Positions 25,099 through 35,872 of a stretch of DNA of 64,000 bases are shown here, in pieces. The stretch spans positions 151,988 to 215,987 of the forward strand of contig DF237037.1 of the NCBI GenBank assembly GCA_000708835.1, written 5' to 3'. The stretch's first letter is position 1. Every line of letters starts with the position of its first letter. A model generated the notes under the pieces. It was not told the DNA's origin. It saw only the letters and a list, made by a program, of their open reading frames with translations, and made no database searches. The translations under genes and the position numbers were made by a program. Source of the stretch: Klebsormidium nitens (Eukaryota; Plantae; Klebsormidiophyceae).

Positions 25099-27432
25099 TC
25101 ACTGACCCTCTCGGTCCTTGTTTTTGGGCCGTGCCTTTCCGCCCAGGTTAAAACCGCCCATCAAACTGCCACTCGTGCTGCTGCCAGCTGTCGAACTCCC
25201 GCTTCCGACCGCCCAGAGCCAGTTACCGAGCGAGGGGCTCGGCGCGCGCATCGGGAAGCTTGCGGTGGCGGCCGCGACAGCGGCCGGCGCACCCTCCGAG
25301 TATCCGAACGCGTCCGCTCCCGGGGGGTACGGGTGGTCGAGCGGATCGACTGCGACCGGCCCCCCCGTGAAAACTTCGCGGAACGCCTCGTCGAGGGTCA
25401 TGTCCCCGGTTAAGGCGGGCGGGAAAAGGCGGTTCGTGGGGTCCAGCTGACCGGGGTAAGGGGCGGTAAACCCGGTTCGAGGAACCGGGGTTTCGTGGGG
25501 GGTTAGTCTGGCTGTAATATCGGACGCAGGTAGGGGCAACGGGGCCAGGATCGACGGTAAACGGGCCGGGCGGTTAACCCCCGGAAAACTCGCCGGGATT
25601 TGCGAAACCTCCGGGAAGGGAGTCGTGGGTACCGCGGGGGGTGACGTCAGCAGCGACCGGGCGTACTGCGACGCGAAGGTCGGGAGTTCCGGGGCGGAAA
25701 CCCCCGGGCGGAACGGGTCCGAACGGAAGTTCGGCAGGGCGGCCAGCTGTGGCGGACTGGGGGCCCGCTGGGCGCCCGGCGAGAACGGCCGCTCGCGCTT
25801 GGGGATGAGCAGTGTCGCGATTCCACTGGGGGGTTCCGGTGAGGCGCGTTTGCCCCCCCTCTTGGCTGTGCGAGTTTCCTCACGCGCGTCTGGAATGCGG
25901 AGGGGGGTGATGTCGATTTCACCGGAACGGGGGGTCGCCGCAGGCCCTGTGGCTGACCCCCGGGAGGTGGTCGGGAGCGGGGGACAGTTGGCGTGCTCTG
26001 CTCGGATTGCGTTTAACTGGGCAGGAAGAAAACAGAAAGGATAGGGTCAGAAGGAATCGAAGCGTCGTAGTAACTCCCGTTTCCCTCAGTGCTATCGAAG
26101 ATGCACAGTGCTGAAAGTTGTCACCGGTTTGTCGCAGACGAAGCTACGGAGGCCGAAAGCGTGCTCCCCAGCTCCCCAAACGAAGACTGCATCGAAAGAA
26201 CACACTAGTAGATTGTGCGAGAACAGTCAGGCCCCGCACAAGCTGTACTAGCACGACCTCAGCACGGCAATCCGGCGATGGAAAAGAAACTGGATCGAGC
26301 GCAAGAACTCTAGAGACCGACGACAGAGACTCCGCGGATCGAGCGCAAGTACTCTAGAGACAGGCAACAGAGACTCCGCGGAAAAGAAAGTCACAAACCC
26401 ACTATCTTACAAACCCGAAAACGAACCCCACCAACCCAATAACCAAACCCACCTCGTGCCGCAACTGCTGGTTCTCTAGGTACGCCAAATCCAGGCGGCG
26501 CTTCATGACGTCAAAGTCCTCTTTGAGCTGGCGGGCGCGCTGACGCGTGCGCCTGTTGTGGAACCAGCTCGCAATCTGGTTCTGCGGGACGCCGAACTCT
26601 CGTGCGATAGCCGCGCGCGTCTCTGCAAACCAGGTTTTATACAGGTTTAGCACTGGCTTCCCTTTTGTTACTTCCGAGCTACAGTATCCTATTTTGCTTG
26701 TGGCCTTCTTTTCAAAGTCATGTGCAACTGCTGTGTGCACCTTTGTAGGCTAATCTCATCGTTCTGACGTCATCGCTGATCATAGCAGTCGTAATCTAGC
26801 GTTTCGCAACGGAGTGGTTGCTTCTCTAACCTTCCCAGATCCCAAGTAGGCTTTCCTTCCCACAGTTGCTAATCGTGCACTTCAAAGCCGTCCTCTGTTC
26901 AGCTTCTACTGTTTAACCCACCCTCTTCAAACCGCCCTACACCTGCTGCGGTTCATTGATACCAAAAGCTTTCGGAACACCATTTTTACCAGCTCGAGTT
27001 GGCCTAACCAGCCTATCTTAACCCGACCACTCACCCGTCGGCGGCCCGGTCGGCTCCTTCTGAAAGATCCGCTCTAGTTCCTGCACCTGCGCCTCCGTCA
27101 GCCGCTTCCGCTTCTCCCCCCCCTCCGGATCCTCCCCAATGCCCCCCCCGGGCTCTCCCCCCCACTCTGGCTGTCCGAAAGCTCCGTCCGAAGGCTCTGC
27201 TCAGCCGTCAGACGCGTTGGCGTGGACGCCGTCCGAAAGCCCATCTCAACCGTCGATCTCAACGGCCCAGATGCCGTACGCGGGAGTTGCTCAGTGGGCG
27301 GTTTGACCGGCGCCGATGTGGGCACCAGGGGGGTTTTCGGGGACGGCACGCGCGGGGGGGGCTGAGGAACCCCCTGAAGCGAGGTGAGGAGCTCCTCGAG
27401 GGCCTCGGGCGATGTGAGCCCCTCGGTGATTT
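25099..27432 (-). CDS. Homeodomain-leucine zipper transcription factor (HD-Zip I-like); apparent 1-nt frameshift near 27142-27163; true first exon not resolved
   Basis: Exons 27432-27035, 26622-26453, 26016-25099. Spliced product EKRKRLTEAQVQELERIFQKEPTGPPTETRAAIAREFGVPQNQIASWFHNRRTRQRARQLKEDFDVMKRRLDLAYLENQQLRHELNAIR is a homeodomain plus zipper, followed by a Pro/Ser-rich tail (frame checked open to the stop at 25099). Confidence 0.85.
26291..26381. repeat. 44-bp direct tandem duplication in an HD-Zip intron
   Basis: ggatcgagcgcaagaactctagagaccgacgacagagactccgc / ggatcgagcgcaagtactctagagacaggcaacagagactccgc. Confidence 0.85.
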
Positions 27433-30400
27433 CTGCAGGGTTATGAAGCTGGTTAGCACCGACTTGGAAACCTGAGCTTTAACCCAGGTGGTTCTGCGTA
27501 CCTTCTTCTTGAACTGGCGTCGCATAGCTCAGTCACAGTGAACCCGCAGAATTCGCCCCCGAGGTGCGGCGAGCCTTGACAGTATTGCAATTGACAGCGG
27601 CAATTCAGGGTTTCGATCTTGTTATCTAACAATGCTGTGACCGTAGCCATGGATGAGCAGGCAGCTTTGTTGCTCTTGATCAGCAATCGGTTGATGTGAG
27701 CTTTCTGGGGCTGGGCAGCTTGTAAGCTGGCTCACTTGTGGAGCTAGAAGCTGCTCAGGCCTTTACGTAGCACCACCTTCAGTCCGGTAAACTTTTGCAA
27801 TTCTAGCTCCGCAGCAAAAACCTGTCACTTTAAGGTGCACAGCACTGGAGCCCAACACTGTGGTGCTTTTTGCCAGCTGAGAATGTCATCATAAGGTGAA
27901 GGTTGCGGTCGAGGGTGGTCGGTTTCCGAGGAGAACTCCCTTATTAGAAGGAATTTACCATAGGGAACCGAGAAGCCCATGAGAAAACTCACCATCAATG
28001 TCCATGCCATGACCACCACTCATACCGAACCCCGGCAGGTCGTCCCACCCCGTGTGAAAAAGCCCGATTGCGAGCTCCAGCTTGACGTGAATAGGCCCGC
28101 AGCTGGCGCCAGCTCAGCGGTGCCAGTGTGCGCGCAGTGCCGAGGATGGTGTGAACAGGCGCCACTTTCTGTTGGGCGCGTTTTTTTGTATGCAATGTTG
28201 CTAGATTTATTCAAGAAAGGTCATCCAGTGGGCAGCTGACAAATGCTGGCAACACGCTGAGCATATATGAGTAGTGGGCATAAGAGGCGAAAGCAGTCCC
28301 CGGGCTTTCTGCGCTTTTGAAATCACAGGCGTCTGTGAATTGGCGTGGGTTTTGCGCGCTAGACTGGACAGCTGAATGTTGCAGTCCGGAAAATGGGTGC
28401 CCTTGTCAAAGCCTCTGTGCTCTGTTGATTCAATGTGCGAAGCGCTGCACCGGAGTTCTGGACTCATACGAAGGTTTCAAAGCTGTTCACATCATCTTTC
28501 AAAGTCTGCTTCCAGACCAATTGTCACCTTCTGGTCTGAGTTTGTCGACTATTTCTGGTGATATTTCGCAGCTGCTCTTGCAAAGCGAGCTGCAAATGTA
28601 TGCTGCGGAAATCTACGAATCCGGGCGTTCTTGTATACTGAGAAGTTTGTGGCGGCAAAGTAGGTGTAATCTTCAAAGGAAGAGGCTAGAGTAAGTAGAG
28701 TTTATCAGAGTGCAGATCTGACAACTGAATGTCTCTGAGAACAGCCTGCAGAGGCCGCAGACAAATGTTTAACGTGGATTAGAATGTGCATGCAGAGCAC
28801 AGACAGCGAGATGCTCTCAGTATCTCCATAGTTACTTTGGGCCTGACTCGAAAACTCTTCCCATCATTCGTAACACGTGCATTATGCACCTCTGAATTAA
28901 CGTGTCAATACCACCCTGGCAGAAAGTAACTGTCTCCCCACGTGGGAAGTTGAATACTTGCGATTGAATCTCACTCTCGGCCAATCAAATCAGCCGAAAG
29001 CTGACGCTGACTACAGTTGACCCCAGTAGTATCGTGACTCGCACATTAAAATTTGGAAGTGAATGTAGTCAACACGTGGTTGCTGAATTACATCATACGC
29101 TTTCTTTACCGGTAAGGTAATGGTATTCAAAATGTACCAGCACGGAATACCGGCATCCGTATGGCCGACATTCTTAGTACTTACCAGCATGGTTCTGTTG
29201 ACGGTGTTTGACCAGCACGATTGCTTGGACGCCTTTGTGCCCAGCCTAGATACAATTAGACCCTACGGCATGTCCCTTCAACTAGTATCCGACGACGCAG
29301 ACGTGGTACAAGTTGCGAATTGACCACCCTGACCGTCGGATAGGTCACGGCTCAAACCGTCCAAGTCCAACCGAACCAGACGGTGTCAAAGCGTGGATGC
29401 TGTTGGTCAGTTCTCAAAGTTGACACTCGGTATCCACCCTGAACCGGCCAAGGCAATCTGTAAATGTATAAAGAGCAACCGCCAGGAAGCCTTTCTGACC
29501 GGGGGAACGTGAATTTTGACGACCGTTCAGCCGTTCGGTACAAAACGGCGCGCGCCGTCTGCCAGATGCAAGGCCAATTCGCGAGGCGTTCTAATAAACG
29601 TCAACGGGGCTGTCTCCTCAGGGACTTGAACCGGTGTATATTTCTCCTTCACTAGCTGGCCCTTCAGTAGCTTCTGGCAGTTCTGGCCCTGGCCCGCCTG
29701 GGCCTTCTCTCTTGTCGATCGTCCAAGTTCACATGTACCCTGGCAACTGAACTAGTAGGGAGAGTGGCGTGAAAGCCCATTGTCGCTTTGCAGTGCATGC
29801 AGCTTGTGGCTCGAGCTTGTGGCGCCCACCAGTTTCGCCTTGTGAGCGGAGCCAAAATGTAAATGAAAGCATACTATTGCAGGGGTGATCATAAAGTAAG
29901 AACCCTTTGGTGCGTCTTCTTGCGCTTCCAGCTATAGTAATAGTGAAGCCTGCACGTCGCTCGTCTGTCGCATCAAGGTGAAAGTCTCATCAGCTCGTGT
30001 TCAAAGCCTGGAACCTTCACAAGGATATGAAAGGCAATGCTGGTCGCAATTGTTAGTCTTTGGTCTGTGTCGGTGATTGGGAGAAATGGCACAAGGAGCT
30101 TACCAGCTTGCTCAATCTTACATCCATAACTCGACCACGTGGGGTCGATCGCTCAAAGGGCAGACCACCTTTGGGCTGCTAGATCCAAGCCATCAAACAT
30201 GTCTTCAATTAGGGTTTGGCAATCGGTTACCCGTGCCAATACATAGTCATCGGCAAATTCTCCTTTCTCAATGCATGCAAACGATTACAGCGTTTGGAAA
30301 AGAATGCAGAGGCTCTAATGGAACGCAGAAAAGTCTGTGGGTTGAAAGCGGAAGAAAAAAAGGGGCGGTGAAAACCAGCGCGTTGGGTTCAGACGTGGGG

Positions 30401-31502
30401 GCGGAAGCAGGAGTGTCGAGGCCCCCATGCAAGAGCAATCTGGGTTGCTTTCTGGGCAGCGATGTGGAAAGCGATGATGAATCGAGTATCCCCCGTCCGG
30501 TGAGCAAACAATCCAATCTCCTGCCTGATTCTAGCATGTGGAATGTAGAAAGGATTCTGCCATAAAAAGCATTGCCACCAATGCAAGATAGACTTTGATA
30601 GTAAGTTCGTCCTCAAAGAAAAGTAAAACAATCCCTTTCACAGAGGAGCAGAGTTCTGAATGCTTGCACTTGATGGGGCACCCTCGCTTGGCCATGATAA
30701 GTAGGCTATGAAACCTCAGAGTGAAAAAGAAAACGCCGCCCTTTTGAACTTTTCATAAGAGGGAGGTTGTATTGGACGAGCTCTTATAGCTCTCTAACAC
30801 AAAGGTTTCAAGGTTGTGGTCAGCAAGAGGCGCCCATGTTTTGCCAGGACTTGTGTATGCCTGGTGTGTTAGGAGTCGTTATTTGGTATGGTGGCGCGAG
30901 TTTTTACCTTACATTTCAATCCGTTATGTGCTGCTTCAGACTTGATAGATCTTGCAATTAGTGCTCGCTTTGTCAGTGCCTCTTGACCAACAAATATCAA
31001 AAGCTTCCCATGTTGTGCCCCCAAACTGGCTCCGAATGGAGTCAAGCTGCAACATTTGAAAATTGTTGACCTGACATCAAGAAAAACAGCTACATGGCAG
31101 AATTTGAGAAGCGTGATGCCAGGTTTAGTCAAAACGGCCAATCGAAAGTCTGTCTAAGCCACCTGGCGCTTTGTCCAACATCTCTCAAAGCTGAAGGGGA
31201 TCAAGTCCAACGCTAAGGTCTTTGCCTGCCCGCTACTGGAGTGTGCTTGTCAAGCTTCATTGTAAGCGCTGGGAATTTGTGAGAGGAAAAGAAAACCGCG
31301 CTGATGCTTTCCCGACACCTAACATCAACCTGTGAACTTTTGAAACTAGATTGGTGCACCCTCTTGCTCCTCAGCTTTCCTGCTATGTTTCCATTTTGAT
31401 GCCAGATTACGTAGTAATTCATTGTTTAGGTTGAGTCTACAATTGCTGTGGGGGGAAGAAACACAGAAGGATAAAGCAAGGAACGGCCGTGACTTTGTTC
31501 GC

Positions 31503-34155
31503 ATGCAGCCCCGACCTTCCCCGTCCCCGCCAGTTCCGCAGAACCAGGGCTTTCTTCAACACCGACTGTGGCAAGACATGACAACCGAGGACTTCAAAAA
31601 CTTCGAGGACATTGAGAACGTGGTGGCCATTCTACCGGTAGCTGCGATCGAACAGCACGGGCCGCATCTCCCGGTCTGCACGGACGCCTGCATAAACGAG
31701 GTGGGTTAAGGGCTCGGTTATCGAGCGGCGTTAACATTAGCGGTCCAAGCAATCCAAGCAATCCAAGCAACAATCACCTTCACGAGCCCGCACTGAAAAG
31801 CATGCTAGCCCGACGTGAAAGGACGTGAAAGAACGTGTCCGATTCTGCAGAGTTGAATAGTGCGACCCGCAGGGAAGTCTCGTGCAGGGACGATTCTTGT
31901 TTCAATGAAAACGAAACGACCCTGGCCTTGAACCCCTTGTGAAGCCTCCCCCCATCTACGATATGGTTTTCTGTATATCTTATTTAAACATTACCTTCTC
32001 GCCCATGTTCGGGACTGCCAATCATTTTGTAATGGTTCTGTTTCAACCCCAAGCCCAGAACTGAAGTGCACTCAACCAACAAATCCACGTCGTTCTCGCA
32101 GGGCGTCCTGAGGCGAGCCCTCGAGCTGTTACCCCAGAACGTCCCCACTCTAGTTCTTCCCGCCATGCCCATTGGCAAATCCAACGAGCACCTCGCCTTC
32201 CCCGGCACGCTTTCCCTCAGCGCAGCAACGCTGACCGCCCTTTGGACAGACATTGGACAGTCCGTGGCGAAAGCTGGCGTCCGAAAACTGGTCCTTTTCA
32301 ACTCGCACGGCGGTCAGCCCCAGGTGCGTTCCGATCTCATTGAGTGGTCGGCTGTTTGGTTTATGTGCTGCCCTCGTTACGGACATGCACGGATTCTTCT
32401 GTATCCTGGGTTTCTCGTCGTCCGCCTTTGCACGACAGTCCGCAGCGAACGCTGGCGTCCATAAGGTAGTCTTCTTCAACTCGCACGGCAGCCAGCCGCA
32501 GGTGTCTTCTGTCCTAACGCTTTGTCCTCTTTTGGACTCCGATTCCGCCCTCGTTCCGAGATTTGCGCGGACAGTCTATAGCGAGGGCGGGCGTCCGGAA
32601 GGTGGTTCCTTGCATTTCGCACAGATGCCATCCGCCGCTGCGTTCCGTTCGGTTGCTTTGTCTGTTGTATGAAGGAAGGAAGGACGAAGACGGTTGCCAC
32701 AACGCCCATCCGCTGAATCCTGCATATCCTGGGAACTGGTGCCCGCGAGCTTCGCATTTGCCGCCACACTCTAATGGTCGTCGATCCGCAAGCTGTGCAG
32801 AGGGTCCATTAATGCTTCTCCAGTCCGCCGCCTCTTCCAAGGAAAGCTTTTGAATCTGAAATTTGATGATATGACCGCAGGTACTGACATTTGCGCGTGA
32901 GTTGTGCGCAACGTCTGTGGTGACTTTTGGTTGGTTCACTGTCGGCACTCTCAAGGTCCCGTTTCTTGAATCTAACAAGGGCCTATTTCTTGAGCCTGAT
33001 TCCGAAGTGTCCAAATTAGTGATCAACCGTTGGATTCCCTACTCTGTCCGGGGAGTGGACATAGTCGCACGCGAGCTGCAAAGCTGCTGCAACATCTTCG
33101 TTGTGATGCCAAGTTGGTTCAACTCTGGGACTCCAGCGAGGCTTTTATCAAAATACTCCCTAACCCACAGACCCTTCTTTTTCAGAATTTCAAGTCCCTG
33201 TCCTTTCTGTTGCAGATAATGGACATAGTCGCCCGCGAGCTGCGCATCCGCTGCAACATGTTCGTGGTGACTTTGAGTTGGTTCAGTTTCGGCACGCCGG
33301 AGGGCCTCTTTCCGAAGCACGAGATCCGGCATGGGATCCATGGGGGCGCCGTCGAGACGTCCATGATGATGCATCTGCGGCCGGACCTAGTTAAGCACGA
33401 CAAGGTGAGGGTTATGCAGCTAACCTCGGGATATGGGTGTGGTTCGGGAGGTTCGATGGCAGAATAAGGGCGTCAAGATCAAAACTTCGTATAATGCGCC
33501 TGAGCTGGACCTGCTTAGGCAGCTCAACCCAGGACTTACAGAACTTAACATGGTGACGGTGACGAGGCGAGAGTTTGTAAAGATCAGCGAGTCGCCCACG
33601 CCTTTGATGTTTGGTTCTCCAGGATCTGGCGGAACGAACCAAGTTGTGTCGACAGAATCATCCAAAGCTCTTTGCGTCGGATCTCGGGCGCCCAGAATAC
33701 TCGTTTGCGAAGGGCGTCCCACCGCCAGTTTCAACATGAGTGCGGAGCATTTGACTTTCGCCTTTTCATTGCCAGAGCGGTCCAGCTTTCCACGCCCCAC
33801 CTGCATGAGCGGCCCACCTGTTGACACGGCTTTCTTGTCCTCTCTCCAGTGCCGCAACTTCGAATCGCTGACCTCCAAGATGGAGAACGAGGGGTACCGA
33901 CGATTGCAAGCGGAGGGGGGCGTCGGGTTCGGTTGGCAAATGCAAGACCTACACGAGTCGGGTGCGGCAGGGGACGCCACAAATGCGGACGCCGAGAGGG
34001 GAGAAGAGTTGGTGGAATTTGCCGCGGAGCGGCTAGTAGAGTTGCTGGGCGAGGTTCACCGTTACCCGTTGAGTAACATCAGGTCGAGAGATGGCGTTGC
34101 GGAGGCGTTGGAACTGGCTTCGAGTCACAACGGGAGGTGGCGGCCGAACGGATGA
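31503..34155 (+). CDS. Creatininase / creatinine amidohydrolase family metallohydrolase, ~304 aa, 4 exons
   Basis: Exons 31503-31700, 32102-32323, 33216-33404, 33850-34155 (all phase 0, GT-AG). Family motifs LPVAAIEQHGPHLPVCTD, GKSNEH..FPGTLSL, FNSHGGQ, HGGAVETS, GWQMQDL..SGA.GD. Confidence 0.93.
32436..32648 (+). repeat. Two echoes of creatininase exon-2 3' end and donor
   Basis: The copies translate QSAANAGVHKVVFFNSHGSQPQ/gt and GQSIARAGVRKVVPCISH versus exon GQSVAKAGVRKLVLFNSHGGQPQ/gt. Confidence 0.9.
33052..33158 (+). repeat. Echo of creatininase exon-3 5' half
   Basis: VDIVARELQSCCNIFVVMPSWFNSGTPARLLSKY versus MDIVARELRIRCNMFVVTLSWFSFGTPEGLFPKH; no indels over 34 codons. Confidence 0.9.
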
Positions 34156-35872
34156 CGGATGTGTTGCGAGGAGTTGGCGCGTTCGCTTAAGTTGACATTA
34201 CAATCGAATCAGGACCGCTTGATTGGGCAGATTGCCCCCCAATGGATCCAGCTTTCAGTGTACAGTAGTAAAGAGGTCAACGGGATCCTCTCTGGTTGGC
34301 TTTTGCCAGCGTTTGGTCCTTCTGTCAATCAAGCCTCACGAGAAGAAGTGCGGCTGGCCAGCAGTGCCGCATGCGCAATATACAGTTATTGTACCTCAAT
34401 TGAAAACATATATCAATTAAGCGTTTACCATCAATGTTTACGTCGTCCACCGTGTCTTACACTGTATCCTGCCAGATATTGCATGGGCGGCCACTTCCAC
34501 CAATGTAGCCTACTTCCGACGTTGGTTCGGAAAATCAGTGATCGATTGGCCGCCGGACGTCATATTCACTTGCTCGCACTGATGAGTTGAAACAAACGAC
34601 CGTTGAATGCGCCGCGTGCCAAACCGTCAGTGATATTCGAATATATGAATCACATATATGAATCACATCTACGCGAGCACCATATATAATTGTTGCGCTC
34701 GAGTGCGCGCACGCTGCAGTGCTGATGAGTCAGGTCACTTGTCTTAATAAATAACTGTGATCAGGCATTTAACGTTGTATAATGATGTCCCTTTGTTCAA
34801 CCAGTCAAGCTAGCTTTGTGCTGGGCCGGCGCCGGCCCGTCCGGGGCCTGCTTAGTACAGATCGCGTAGGTACATGCCGTCAGTGCGCATGCGTGCCGCG
34901 CCGCAGTAACGCATTCAGAGACCGCGCAACGAAAGTGCGGCAGAACGTATCATGCGCTTAGTCACTTTGAGTGCCCACGGGCCGCTATGACCTCGTGAGT
35001 CTTACCGCGAGTCTGAGTGTGACTCTGGCAGAGCGTTCAACGCTTATGAGCTTTACGTACCCATGTAAGGTATTGTCCGGCAATGAGACGTACCGATGAT
35101 ACTGGCAAGCGCCTGCTGCAAAAGTATCATGCGATCGCCATCTCACTAGGTACATCCAAGTCTTTGCTTGATGATCGGATGGAATGAAATGTGCTAGATG
35201 AAAGACAGCGTTGACCGAAGTGACCAAACACGCTGGGGCTGGCCAAGTCAGTACAAACTTTTGCGGCGTTATGACTTATTCACATATGTCAGTGGATTAT
35301 GTGAGTGGCTGGCAGTTTAACAAAATTCCTACTGAGTATATAACAGCCCAACAAACGTGGCTAGCTGCTCAGATTATACCTGAACTGAGTTATACAAGCT
35401 AGCTACTAGCTAATGAAATTCCAACTAAGATACGATGTTAAGGACGGGTCAAGCTGATATCTCTAAAGCAAAAGGTTCAGAACCTATGCCTATGATTTCG
35501 TAGCAGCTTACATGCCTGGAGCTAGCCAGCTAGTGAGTCCGCGGCTTAGACACATAAAGATGAGTGGATGCGGGAGTCCTACTGCGCTCGCTCTAATCAA
35601 ACCCTACGGTTTTTATCAATTGATTTCAGTCGAGCCTGCGATCTTCTTTCCACTGAACAGGTACGCACTATGTACGACCGCGCAGTTGCTCTCGTTAGTT
35701 CAGCGGACAATACTCGCTGCTAGATTTACTGCAATACTCTTACGAAAGGATCTGGCTACTCTATGCAGTTTTTTATAGGCCCCACCTTTCGAAGTCGCCT
35801 GATTGCCAACTCCGAACAGATACAAACCCTTGACAAGATACGCTAGGGTTGAAACTCAACACCCTTTTAGGA

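Noticed and set aside
27453-27686. Candidate first exon of the HD-Zip gene (MRRQFKKK/gt at 27525)
   Set aside because: Its phase does not match the phase-1 acceptor at 27432 in the open frame, and the phase-1 frame has a stop just upstream; left unresolved.
28000-31400. ORFs such as 30077-30565 as a gene
   Set aside because: No domain, splice or codon support; treated as intergenic or decayed.
31740-31836. Short tandem repeats (ccaagcaat x3; acgtgaaag(g/a) x2) in creatininase intron 1
   Set aside because: Ordinary microsatellite-scale slippage.
34823-34838. Perfect 16-bp palindrome gggccggcgccggccc
   Set aside because: Isolated GC-rich palindrome with no TIR/TSD or terminator context.
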